From a candidate division FCPU426 bacterium (lineage in GTDB: Bacteria; Oederibacteriota; JAAXVQ01; JAUVAV01), in the NCBI GenBank assembly GCA_040756875.1, contig JBFLYH010000002.1, positions 126,526 through 190,525 on the forward strand: 64,000 nt of DNA, written 5' to 3'. The position numbers and the translations under genes were made by a program. This document shows positions 26,997-36,194 of this stretch, in pieces (within the stretch, counting starts at the first letter, position 1; each line of letters starts with the position of its first letter). The notes under the pieces were generated by a model, which did not search any database, was not told the DNA's origin, and saw only the letters and a list, made by a program, of their open reading frames with translations.

Positions 26997-29011
26997 TATT
27001 CTATTTTTCCTATTAATTTGAAATTGGTATCTGGTATTTCATTTTGCAATTCATACTGCACTCCTCCTCCTTTTCCCCAACCTTCTTGGGGCCCAGCAAT
27101 TCCCGTTCTCATTTTAGTACCCTTCGGCACTTTAACTTCAGATATTTGAGTTGGTATTTCTGGCAGGGCATATTTATCTTTAATCTGACGAGCTGACAAC
27201 CCTTTGATGTCTTCTTTACGCATGATCCAACTACTCGCCTGATTATTAGGTCCATGGACGCGAACAAATTTTTCTTCCTTGCCCGTAATAATTTCTTTAA
27301 CCTCGGTATTAAAAGCATACGGCGGACGTTTCCCCTGTGAAATATATACTGTATTCGCTTTATCCGACGATATCCATTTTGTTGCTGTAGTCCTAATGCT
27401 TTTCGTATTTTTATTAATGGTACTTCTGGCGCTTTTTTGAATTTCTTTTGCTATTGCCTTATCAGCTTGCTTAGCACCTTCTTTTATTGCTGATTTCGCC
27501 CCTTTGGCTGCCTGGATGCCGAGCTTGCCTGCATTGGCGACTTGTTTGAGCCTGCCGGCCACATACGAGACGCGGCCCGCTTCATTGGCCAGTATCCCCA
27601 CTGCCTTGCCGCCGGCTTTGGCCGCTGCTTTCCAATTGCCGTCCATCATTTCCCTGCCGGCCTGCTTAGTGTTCTTCCAGGCATCGGGCAGGTCCTGGCC
27701 GGCTTTGGGGATGTCGTAGATGCCTTCTTCGATGATATTGCGCGCCACGGCCCCGAGCTTTTTCGATTTGACCGACGCCTTGCCTGCCAGCTTTTTCAAC
27801 CCAGTGGCTTTATCCAGCTCCTGGTCCTGCGCATCCAGTTCACTCAACCGCTGTTCCATGCGGTCGCGGGATTCTTCGGTCTTCTGGTTGGCCCAGCGCT
27901 GGCCTGCCCAGAACGCATTATCCGCATTGGAATCGCCTGTGTAGCCTTCGGCCACCCCCTGGTAAAAGGCCAGGGTTTCCCCGGCCCGCTTGCCTGCAGC
28001 TTTAGCGGCAGCTTCGGCGCTGGTTTCCAGAAGGTTTTTGTTTTGGGGGGAAGTTGCGGCGCCGGAAACATCACCCTCCCCCTCTCCTCCCCTCGAGGAA
28101 GGGATCGCAGAGGAAGAACCACTTTCGTTGGGGCGAAGACCGGAAGAATCCCCTTCGTGCGGGGATAGATTGGAAGAGCGCCCTTTATTTGGGGGGACAG
28201 AGGCAGCCCCTGTATCTGCAGCGGCCTGTGAAGAATCCGACGAATTATATTCCTCGTCATCCCAGGCAAGCGCATCATTCCCGCTGTCAAGCGAGGCGCC
28301 GAGAATCACTTCTTCATCAGTCGGGATATGCGGCTGGGCATTGCTATCAGAAAGGCTGGCCAAAGGGTATGTGCCTGGCGGAGCTCGCAAGGGTGCGGAC
28401 CCACCATAACCTGACTGGAGATTGGTCGAAGCATACTGCGGGTAGTTGGCCGCACCTGCCGGATTGCCGGAATAACCGCTGGTCCGGGAATCAGCGGACG
28501 CGCTGTAATCTCCCACCTCCGCATGGCTGCCGCCGCGGCTGGCGTACTCCGGCCCAGGCGAGCCGCCGCCTCCTCCGCCTGAATTCCGGTTGGAGGCATT
28601 GGCCGGCGCGGTTTCGTTCCCTGGCAGGAATACATAGGCCGGGAACGTCTCGCTCACTTTGATTTCGCGGACTATGGGCACAATGGGCTGCAAATAGTGG
28701 GTGATGGTGTAACGCTGAACCTGGCCGTCGTAGGTGACCTCTGTCCGGCCCTTGCCCAGCACGCCGCAGATCTCCTCGGCCGTGCGCCGGGCTTCGTTGA
28801 GATTCATGTTGTTGATGGTTCCCTGGCGCGCAGCCTCGTAGGCCGCGACATACACGACGACCTTGGCCAGGCCCAGGTGGAGCATTTGCAGGCAGGCGGC
28901 GAACAGAGCGATGAGAATGGGAATAGCCAGGGCGGATTCCACCATGCCCTGCCCGCGCTGCGAGCGCAGGCAGGCCAGGAAGGAGGCGGTCCTGGGCGCA
29001 AGGGGTCTCAT
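26996..29011 (-). CDS. TadE-type pseudopilin fused to a C-terminal putative polymorphic toxin domain
   Basis: N-terminal SQRG|QGMVESALAIPIL...AAYEAARQG; low-complexity linker; AT-rich C-terminus FVRV...KYALP...GIAGPQEGWGKGGGVQYEL. Confidence 0.8.
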   Translation of the reverse strand: MRPLAPRTASFLACLRSQRGQGMVESALAIPILIALFAACLQMLHLGLAKVVVYVAAYEAARQGTINNMNLNEARRTAEEICGVLGKGRTEVTYDGQVQRYTITHYLQPIVPIVREIKVSETFPAYVFLPGNETAPANASNRNSGGGGGGSPGPEYASRGGSHAEVGDYSASADSRTSGYSGNPAGAANYPQYASTNLQSGYGGSAPLRAPPGTYPLASLSDSNAQPHIPTDEEVILGASLDSGNDALAWDDEEYNSSDSSQAAADTGAASVPPNKGRSSNLSPHEGDSSGLRPNESGSSSAIPSSRGGEGEGDVSGAATSPQNKNLLETSAEAAAKAAGKRAGETLAFYQGVAEGYTGDSNADNAFWAGQRWANQKTEESRDRMEQRLSELDAQDQELDKATGLKKLAGKASVKSKKLGAVARNIIEEGIYDIPKAGQDLPDAWKNTKQAGREMMDGNWKAAAKAGGKAVGILANEAGRVSYVAGRLKQVANAGKLGIQAAKGAKSAIKEGAKQADKAIAKEIQKSARSTINKNTKSIRTTATKWISSDKANTVYISQGKRPPYAFNTEVKEIITGKEEKFVRVHGPNNQASSWIMRKEDIKGLSARQIKDKYALPEIPTQISEVKVPKGTKMRTGIAGPQEGWGKGGGVQYELQNEIPDTNFKLIGKIE

Positions 29012-29013
29012 GC

Positions 29014-30852
29014 TTATTTAGACCGGATTCCCTTGGTTTCCATGCGTTTTGTTTGCCGGTTAGCCAGCTGTTCGACCTCGTCGATCCACTGGCTGATCAG
29101 GTTCAGGCCTTTCTGCCAAAAATCAGGATTTTCCAGGTCCACGCCGGCCATGGCCGCCAGCTTGACCGGGCTGTCCGACGAGCCGGCAGCCAGCAGGCGC
29201 TTGAAAGCCGGAACAAACTTTTCCCCTTGCTCCTTATACTGCCCGTAGAGCCCCATCACCAGCAGGTTTGCGAAATTATAAGCATAGACATAGAACGGCA
29301 TTTCCACGAGGTGCGGAATCGCGGCCCATTCCCAGGAAAACTCCTCCGGAATCCTTACCGCCTGCCCGAACATCAGTTCCAATTCGCGCCGGAAGAGCGC
29401 GCACCACTCCTCCGGGCTCAAGCGCCGCTCGCTGACCGCGGCGTGGGCCGCCCGCTCGAAACGCGAAAACATGTTTTGGCGGTGGCTGGTGGCGAAGGTT
29501 TCCTCGATCCGGCTGGTCAGCAGCGACTGGCGGACCAGCGGGTCCTGCTCCTGGGACAGCAGATGATCGGCCAGGATCATTTCGCCGAACACCGAAGCGG
29601 TCTCGGCCATGGGCAGAATGGCGTGGTAGCTGACCAGGGGCTGGTTGCGGCTGAGCAGGCTGTGGATCGCATGCCCCAGTTCATGCGCCAGGGTGGACAC
29701 GTCGCGCAGACGCCCGAGGAAATTGACCAGCACGAACGGCTTCACGTCCGGCGCCGAGGACGAGCAGAACGCGCCTCCGCGCTTGTTGGGGACAGCCGGC
29801 GCATCCACGTGCCGCTCCTGGAACAGGCTTTCGGCCAGCTGGCAAAAATCTTCGTCAAAGCCGCGGAACGCCTGCAGGACCAGGCTCTTGGCCTGTTCCC
29901 AGGAGTAAGTTTTTTCGGCCTCCGGCAGGGGAGCGTAAATATCCGCCAGGGTCAGGTCCGGCAGTCTGAGCAGTTTGGCTTTCAGGCGGTAGTAGCGCTG
30001 AACCAGAGGATACGAGGCGGTCGTAACCGTGTGCAGGGTGTCCACCAGCGCGTCGTCGAGGTCATTGTACGTGTTCATGACACTGATCGGCGATGCGAAC
30101 CCGCGGCGCTGCCGTTCCAGGTTGTAATCCTTGAGCACGGCGTTGAACACCGTGGTCAGCACCAGGTGTTCGTCCTGATGGCGCCCCAGAAACCGCCGCA
30201 TGGCCTCGCGCCGGACCGCGGGGCGGGGGTGCTGCCTCAGGGCGCGCAGTTCCTCGCCGGTCAGCGTCCTGCGCTCGCCGTCCAATTTAAGTTCAAAGCG
30301 AAAGGCCGTGGTGAATTCCTCGTATAGATTGCGAAACGCCGAAGCACCGGTGAGGTTTTTCAGGTTGATCAGGGTCTCTTCGGGTTCGCTCAAATGATAG
30401 CGGGCCACGGCTGTCTTGCGGCGGAGAAAGTAGGCATAGGGCGCCAGACACTCCGCGCGCAGCAGCGTCTCCAGACGGTCGGGCGGGATCTTCCCCAGTT
30501 CCAGGTCAAAGCCGACGAGTTCGTTTTCCAGCCGGATGTTGGCCTCGCGGATCTTCTGTTCAAAGGCCTTGATCCGGTCGTCGGACGTATCCAGGGCGTA
30601 ACGCAGGCTGCTGTACTGCCCGAGTTTGTACACCGCGGCCAGCAGCGTTTCATACCGTTTAAGCGCCGAAGCCAGGGCTTCATCCGCCAGTTGCGCCACC
30701 TGGCCGGAATAGGCGCGTTTAAAGCTGTCCGCCTCGGTTTTCGCCCAGGCCAGCAGTTCCTCCACTGCCGGATGGTCCATATCCTGGAACAAATCGTCTA
30801 GCTGCCAGCGTACATGCTCGCAGCCCAGGGTCGCGGGATCAGGTAAAGACAT
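29014..30852 (-). CDS. pepF: M3B oligoendopeptidase F
   Basis: WQLDDLF, KRGGAFC, TLAHELGHAIH, AETASVFGE, PFYVYAY motifs; start taken at MSLPD. Confidence 0.92.
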   Translation of the reverse strand: MSLPDPATLGCEHVRWQLDDLFQDMDHPAVEELLAWAKTEADSFKRAYSGQVAQLADEALASALKRYETLLAAVYKLGQYSSLRYALDTSDDRIKAFEQKIREANIRLENELVGFDLELGKIPPDRLETLLRAECLAPYAYFLRRKTAVARYHLSEPEETLINLKNLTGASAFRNLYEEFTTAFRFELKLDGERRTLTGEELRALRQHPRPAVRREAMRRFLGRHQDEHLVLTTVFNAVLKDYNLERQRRGFASPISVMNTYNDLDDALVDTLHTVTTASYPLVQRYYRLKAKLLRLPDLTLADIYAPLPEAEKTYSWEQAKSLVLQAFRGFDEDFCQLAESLFQERHVDAPAVPNKRGGAFCSSSAPDVKPFVLVNFLGRLRDVSTLAHELGHAIHSLLSRNQPLVSYHAILPMAETASVFGEMILADHLLSQEQDPLVRQSLLTSRIEETFATSHRQNMFSRFERAAHAAVSERRLSPEEWCALFRRELELMFGQAVRIPEEFSWEWAAIPHLVEMPFYVYAYNFANLLVMGLYGQYKEQGEKFVPAFKRLLAAGSSDSPVKLAAMAGVDLENPDFWQKGLNLISQWIDEVEQLANRQTKRMETKGIRSK

Positions 30853-31043
30853 AAGAGCACCTCGGAAAAGAGAGCCTCTGGCCGAAAGGCCCGGGGTTTT
30901 CTGCGTTGTCAGAATAAGGTGCCCCATTATAACAACAGCAGTGTATAAACCGGTGCAAAAAACCCAGCCACCCTGCGCGCATGGCTTGTCCAAACACACT
31001 AAGAATGAAACCTATTGGTGGGCAGCCGCAGGGGGAGTATAAT

Positions 31044-31628
31044 ATGGCTTGCCGCCTGGCGCGGCATGAAGGGAGTTTGCTGGTGGGAAAAGCCAAGGGA
31101 ACGGACATCGCTTTTTTGCGAAAACGCCTGCGTGCGCTGGACAGCGCCGCAGAGCAAAAATTTATCGGCTTGTTGTCCGCCGAGGAAAAGAAGATATACG
31201 AAACCGCCACGCCGGTCGGCTGGGTGCCGATTGAAACCAGCGCCAGACTCCAGGAACTGGCCGCGCCCATCATTTTCCCGGACAATCCGGACTGCATTCT
31301 GGAATTGGGCCGGGAACAAGCCCGCGATGATCTGAGCGGGCTGTACAAAATCATCGTACGGTTCATCACCATTCCGGCTCTGATGAAAAAACTTTCGAGC
31401 CTCTGGCACAGCTACAATGACACCGGTGATCTTAAGGCGGTCTGGCAGGAAGGCCACCGCAGCGGCCAGCTGATTATCGAAAACTACCCCGCGCTTCCAT
31501 TGACCTCGCGGTTGCAAATACAGGGATATTTTCTGGGCGCCTTGGAAATGACCGGCGCGAAAAACGTCCGTCTGATTAACGACTTTACAGACCCCTTGGC
31601 TTACAAATATTTCGGGTCCTGGGAATAA
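31044..31628 (+). CDS. Hypothetical protein (DUF2378/V4R-like)
   Basis: KAKGT, WVPIE, LWHSYNDTG pattern; start may instead be GTG 31083. Confidence 0.55.
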   Translation: MACRLARHEGSLLVGKAKGTDIAFLRKRLRALDSAAEQKFIGLLSAEEKKIYETATPVGWVPIETSARLQELAAPIIFPDNPDCILELGREQARDDLSGLYKIIVRFITIPALMKKLSSLWHSYNDTGDLKAVWQEGHRSGQLIIENYPALPLTSRLQIQGYFLGALEMTGAKNVRLINDFTDPLAYKYFGSWE

Positions 31629-31636
31629 CCCGGCCT

Positions 31637-32023
31637 TTATTCCGCCTCGTCTTCATCCTCCTCATCTTCCTCGTCCTCGTCTTCGTCATCCTCGTCCGTT
31701 TCGTCTAGATCGTCCTCAAACTCATCGTCTTCATCTTCTTCGTCGTCGTCCTCGTCCTCGTCCTCGTCTTCATCTTCATCCTCGTCTTCGTCTTCGTCCG
31801 CCGCTCCACTGTCGTCTTTCCCATTAGTTTTGGATTCTTCGCCCTCAGCCTTCTCTTCCTCGGCCTCTTCCTCGTCCTCCATGGTCCTTTCATCCGACCA
31901 TACGAATCCGCATTGAGGGCACTCGTAAAGGATCGTGAAGGAATCCTCGTAGGAGGAAGTAAAAATACCGTACACGGTTTCGCCGCAGTTCCCGCATTTC
32001 TCAATATAGACTTCCTTGCCCAT
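31637..32023 (-). CDS. Zinc-ribbon protein with a very long Asp/Glu tail
   Basis: CGNC...CPQC followed by a tail that is mostly D/E; GGAGGAG RBS. Confidence 0.75.
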   Translation of the reverse strand: MGKEVYIEKCGNCGETVYGIFTSSYEDSFTILYECPQCGFVWSDERTMEDEEEAEEEKAEGEESKTNGKDDSGAADEDEDEDEDEDEDEDEDDDEEDEDDEFEDDLDETDEDDEDEDEEDEEDEDEAE

Positions 32024-32121
32024 GGCTCCTCCGGTTGCGTATTCGTTGTCTCTTTTTATCACAAGGCGCGCGGCCAATGCAATCGCTTAAGCATTATCAA
32101 AACTTTTTCCTGCGGCGCCTC

Positions 32122-33111
32122 TCACCTTTGCCAGCGCGCCGCCTCGCCCCGCACGTCAATGTGCACGAACGGACCGTGATTGCCCCGCTCGTCGTAAACG
32201 CCCAACCCGCCCACCTTGTCCTGGTGCCTGGGCTCGCCCTCGATGTGCTCCACCATGCTCCGCAGCGCTTCCACGTCCCCCAGGTCGCTTTTGCCGTTGT
32301 GGTTCAAATCGTCCATTTTGCCGTCGCCGTCCGCGTCCACGGCCACGTCCGCGGCCTGGCCCCATTGGTGGAGGCTGAATTCAGCCTGTTTGAGCAGCCG
32401 GTTGTAGTGGGGCGTACGAAACGCCGAGGAAATGCTCAGCGTGCGGCAGGGATGGCCTTCCAGGTTGACTTTGGCCAGCAGCTCCTCCAGCTTGACCAGC
32501 AGCCGCTCGTCCAACACCAGGTATTTCGGGAAATCGCCGGCCTGACGGCAGAGGAACTGCTGCAGCTGGAAATGGGGGCTGACCCAGGTCTCCAGATTGT
32601 CCTCCCGGACTTCCACGAATCCGCGGGGAGGCCCAAAGCCGTTGAAGGAATTGGAACGGGGCTCGGGATAACTGCCGATGAGGTAGCCGTTCAATACGCC
32701 GCCAACCATGTGGTCGTACGGCACCAGCACCAGGGCCAGCAGCTGCACGGAATCCCGGTCCGGCAGGCGGTGGATGGTCACCAGGCATTCGCCCGGCTGG
32801 TCCGGCGCGGTCCAGCGCCAGTGCCTGGGGTCCAGGCTTTCCATGGTTCCTACCTGAGCTTCAAGGCGGAATTGCTTGTCCCAATCCGCGTCCAGCGCCT
32901 CCACGTCGACTGTCTCGGAAGGCAGCACGGTCACGGCCTGGAGCCGGTAGCCGGCCACCAGGTTTTGGCAGCGGACGCTGAAGCTCGCGCGGCCGGAATC
33001 GAATTTCGGTTTCCGTCTGGCTTCAGTCGGGTTGGCCAGGGTCAGGGCTGCCAGCAGAGCGAGAGCCGTTGCTATTGAAAGCGCGTTTCTAGCTGGCACG
33101 GGTTTGGCCAC
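32122..33111 (-). CDS. Secreted peptidase M15A-like (D-Ala-D-Ala carboxypeptidase fold) protein
   Basis: SPHFQLQQF, SSAFRTPHYN, SLHQWGQAAD, FVHIDVRG. Confidence 0.8.
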   Translation of the reverse strand: MAKPVPARNALSIATALALLAALTLANPTEARRKPKFDSGRASFSVRCQNLVAGYRLQAVTVLPSETVDVEALDADWDKQFRLEAQVGTMESLDPRHWRWTAPDQPGECLVTIHRLPDRDSVQLLALVLVPYDHMVGGVLNGYLIGSYPEPRSNSFNGFGPPRGFVEVREDNLETWVSPHFQLQQFLCRQAGDFPKYLVLDERLLVKLEELLAKVNLEGHPCRTLSISSAFRTPHYNRLLKQAEFSLHQWGQAADVAVDADGDGKMDDLNHNGKSDLGDVEALRSMVEHIEGEPRHQDKVGGLGVYDERGNHGPFVHIDVRGEAARWQR

Positions 33112-33114
33112 CGG

Positions 33115-34047
33115 TTATCCCTGGGGTTCGGCGCCGGCTTTGGGCTTCCAAATGACCGAGGCTAAAATGGAAACAGCCAGCACCACGGCAATAAAACCCA
33201 ATGCCAGTTGGATGGGCATGTGATACAGGTCGGAGAGAGTCATCTTGACGCCGATGAAGGCGAGGATCACAGCCAGGCCGTAATTCAGGTAGTGGAACAT
33301 CCGCATAAAACCGGACAGCGCGAAATACAGGGAGCGCAGGCCGAGAATGGCGAAAATGTTGGAGGTGTAGACCAGGAACGGGTCCGTGGTGATGGCCAGG
33401 ATGGCGGGGATGGAATCCAGGGCGAAAATCACATCCGTGCTCTCCACCACTAGCACCGTGACCAGCAGCGGTGTGACCAGCCAGCGCCCTCCCTGGCGCA
33501 CGAAAAAGCGGCTGCCTTCGAACTGGGATGTCACGGGGAAAAACCGGCGCAAAATCCTCACGAAAATATTTTTGTCCGGCTCCAGTTCCTTTTTCTCTTT
33601 CTGCCAGGCCAGGCGCAGGCCGGTATAGATAAGGAAAAGGCCGAACAAATAAATCAGCCAGTGGAACCGGTGGATCAGGGTCACTCCGGTCGCGATGAAC
33701 AAGCCGCGCATGACCACCGCGCCCAATATGCCCCAAAACAGCACCTTGTGCTGGTATTGGCTCGGCACGCGGAAGTAGGAAAAGATGATGATAAAAACGA
33801 AGAGGTTGTCGACGCTGAGGGATTCCTCGACCAGATAGCCGGTCAAGAACAGCAAGGCAGACTCCTGGCCCCGCCACCACCACACGCCCAGGTTGAACAA
33901 CAGGGCCAAAGAAATCCAGATTGCGCTCCAGGTCAGCGCCTCGCGGAAGCTGACCTCATGGGCGCGGCGGTTGAATACGCCCAGGTCCAGGGCCATCATA
34001 ATCACGATGACAGCGCCAAATACCATCCACGCCAAGGTCTGTCCCAC
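33115..34047 (-). CDS. TerC/Alx-family membrane protein
   Basis: LSVDNLFVF, QHKVLFWGILGA, DVIFALDSIPA, TSNIFAILGLRSLYF. Confidence 0.93.
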   Translation of the reverse strand: MGQTLAWMVFGAVIVIMMALDLGVFNRRAHEVSFREALTWSAIWISLALLFNLGVWWWRGQESALLFLTGYLVEESLSVDNLFVFIIIFSYFRVPSQYQHKVLFWGILGAVVMRGLFIATGVTLIHRFHWLIYLFGLFLIYTGLRLAWQKEKKELEPDKNIFVRILRRFFPVTSQFEGSRFFVRQGGRWLVTPLLVTVLVVESTDVIFALDSIPAILAITTDPFLVYTSNIFAILGLRSLYFALSGFMRMFHYLNYGLAVILAFIGVKMTLSDLYHMPIQLALGFIAVVLAVSILASVIWKPKAGAEPQG

Positions 34048-34141
34048 GCTGTATCTCCTATGCTTTTTGGGATTCCCAAGCTCTATTCGTTCCCAAGTTC
34101 AATACCAGATATTAGTGCGTTTGTAAAATTAAATTGGACAA

Positions 34142-34669
34142 TCAGATTACAAATACCGGCGGGAGAAACAGCGCAGCCAATGTTCCCAGGAAAATAAAGG
34201 CAGCATACGGCAGGGCGTCCTGTTCGGAAAACGGGGCGGGTTTTCGTTTGGAACCGAGCATGGAACCTATCCAGAGGAGCAGGTTCTTGAGGGTGGCGAT
34301 CAACTTGCCTTTGATGATCAGGGCTGCTACGGCCCAGAGCCCGCCGGCCACGGCCGTGTAAAACCAGGCCTGCAGGACAAAACCCGCTCCGCCGAAAGCG
34401 CCGACCACGGCCATGAGTTTGATGTCGCCGGCGCCCATGCCTTCCACCAGCAGGAAGGGCAAAAACAGCAGACCGCCGACCACCAGGCCTAATAAACCAA
34501 ACCCCAGGCCTGGCCAGCCTGCTCCGATTGTATTGATCGCCACTCCCAGGACTAGAGCAGGAAGCGTCAGCCAGTCATAGATTTTTCGCCGAACAAGATC
34601 AGTGATTGCAGCTATTAGCAATACTGACAAAAGAAAGATTCCGTTTATCGAAGACATCCAGTCATGCAA
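34142..34669 (-). CDS. Flp prepilin peptidase (A24, CpaA/TadV-like)
   Basis: AAITDLVRRKIYD and GMGAGDIKLM aspartate motifs; directly after the Flp pilins. Confidence 0.9.
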   Translation of the reverse strand: MHDWMSSINGIFLLSVLLIAAITDLVRRKIYDWLTLPALVLGVAINTIGAGWPGLGFGLLGLVVGGLLFLPFLLVEGMGAGDIKLMAVVGAFGGAGFVLQAWFYTAVAGGLWAVAALIIKGKLIATLKNLLLWIGSMLGSKRKPAPFSEQDALPYAAFIFLGTLAALFLPPVFVI

Positions 34670-34671
34670 TT

Positions 34672-34857
34672 TTAATCAGGATTTTCGATGGCATTATTCA
34701 ACTTATCTTGCGTGTTCCCAAACCAGCCTTGAATCTGTTTGCCAAACCCTTTCAAAACCACGATGGCCAAAACCGCCACGATGGCAATGATCAGAATGTA
34801 TTCCACCAATCCCTGCCCCTTCTCATTTTTGAACATTTTCCGCATTTTTTGCAGCAT
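34672..34857 (-). CDS. Flp-family type IVc pilin
   Basis: NEKG|QGLVEYILIIAIVAV Flp motif. Confidence 0.9.
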   Translation of the reverse strand: MLQKMRKMFKNEKGQGLVEYILIIAIVAVLAIVVLKGFGKQIQGWFGNTQDKLNNAIENPD

Positions 34858-34905
34858 CAATGGTTCACCCCTCCGAAGGATTGCGGACCCAGCCACAGGC
34901 TGCGA

Positions 34906-35091
34906 TTACCGCGTTTTGCTAATGACCTGGGCCACAGCATTCAGAAACTTGGCCAATGGCCCGTTCCAGGTTCCCAGCACCAGCCCAAAAGCCAGGGCTA
35001 CGAACGCAATAACCAGAATATACTCGGTCAAGGACTGCCCCTGCTGATTACCAACCAGCATGCAAGCGCGCAGTTTCATCTTTTTCCACAT
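34906..35091 (-). CDS. Second Flp-family pilin
   Basis: QQG|QSLTEYILVIAFVAL; start codon uncertain. Confidence 0.8.
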   Translation of the reverse strand: MWKKMKLRACMLVGNQQGQSLTEYILVIAFVALAFGLVLGTWNGPLAKFLNAVAQVISKTR

Positions 35092-35172
35092 GGAAAAGCC
35101 GCTCATAGCAGTCAAAGTATTAGACCGGTTATCAGTATTTTTTCATGCGGTTTTTTTTGCGGGGCAACCGCG

Positions 35173-35201
35173 TTGACCGGCCATGTATGGCACTATATAA
35201 T
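35173..35201 (+). promoter_or_regulatory. Sigma70-type promoter TTGACC-N17-TATAAT
   Basis: Near-consensus hexamers with a 17-nt spacer upstream of the 35253 ATG. Confidence 0.7.
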
Positions 35202-35252
35202 AGCCCGGAAAGTGGAATCAAGCACAATATCTGGAATGAGACGGAGGCAACC

Positions 35253-36194
35253 ATGCTCTCCCAGCTTTCCCGCCGCGCAACCGTGGCACTTGGCGTTGGA
35301 CTTCTGGCCTTGCTGCTGCAATGGCTGGTCCTGGCCTACCTCAACCAGCTTTCCCAGAGCCAATTTGCGGACACTAGCCGCAAGCTTCTCACTCAAATCG
35401 CCAGGGACTTGGGCGACCAGCTCTCCCGCGCCCTGACGGCCGGCGACGACCTGGCCGCGCTCTCGGTCCTCAAAGCCGGCAGAAACATCCATCCCCAGCT
35501 GCAAAAAGCCGAAGTTTTCGACCGCCAGGGAAAAATCATCCTGCATTCTGACCCGGGCATGCTCGGGCAAAAAACCCGCAGCCTTAGCGGGCCCAGGCCC
35601 ATGGTGCCTGAACTCAGCCTGGCCCGCCAGGAAGGCCGGCCTTTTGCCGTAGTGCTGGTCCCCCTGCCCCACGACGAGGACTTGCTCCTGCGCGCCTACT
35701 TCGACGAAACCTCCATGCTGCAAAGCCGCCGGGTCTATATCGTGCGCTTCTACGTGTTGCTCCTGCTGACCTCTTTGCTGCTCAGCCTGTTCGTCTATTT
35801 CCGGCTGGGGCGTTTCGAATTGCTGGACCCGCGCGAACGGGCTGAAAACTCCCCTTCCGCCGGCGCGGCGCTCCCGGCCCGCCTGGCCGGGCTGCTGCTG
35901 GCTGATTTTCCAGCCGCGGCTTTAGCCGTGAACCGCAACAACCGCATCGTGGCCGGCAATGCCCTGGCCTGCGAGCTGCTGAATTGCCGTCCCGAGGAGC
36001 TGGAAGGCCTGCACGTGCTGCAGGCGCCGCTGCCTGCCGGCCTGCAGGAACTGTACCGGGAAGCCCTCCGCACCCCGGAACGCGGGGCCGAGGCCAAGCT
36101 CAACCTCAAGCCCAAGGAACCCGGACTGCTGGTCAAAATCCGCTGCACACCCGCTTCAGCCGACTGGGAACTGGCCCTGGTGCAACTGGGATGA
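35253..36194 (+). CDS. Two-TM sensor-like protein with a C-terminal PAS-like domain and no kinase domain
   Basis: GGAGG RBS; TM, extracytoplasmic region, TM; AVNRNNRIVAGNALACELL PAS-like segment. Confidence 0.65.
   Translation: MLSQLSRRATVALGVGLLALLLQWLVLAYLNQLSQSQFADTSRKLLTQIARDLGDQLSRALTAGDDLAALSVLKAGRNIHPQLQKAEVFDRQGKIILHSDPGMLGQKTRSLSGPRPMVPELSLARQEGRPFAVVLVPLPHDEDLLLRAYFDETSMLQSRRVYIVRFYVLLLLTSLLLSLFVYFRLGRFELLDPRERAENSPSAGAALPARLAGLLLADFPAAALAVNRNNRIVAGNALACELLNCRPEELEGLHVLQAPLPAGLQELYREALRTPERGAEAKLNLKPKEPGLLVKIRCTPASADWELALVQLG

Noticed and set aside
31640-31800. TCGTCC/TCATCC microsatellite-like tract
   Set aside because: Explained by the Asp/Glu codons of the acidic tail on the minus strand.
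34048-34141. Possible yybP-ykoY riboswitch upstream of the TerC gene
   Set aside because: The spacer is short and AT-rich and lacks the GGGGAGTA core; only a short CTTGGGAA direct repeat is visible.
35116-35147. GTCTAATACT upstream of the Flp genes, identical to the -10 region near 15900
   Set aside because: There is no AAC at the matching 17-nt spacing, so a shared ECF promoter is not supported.
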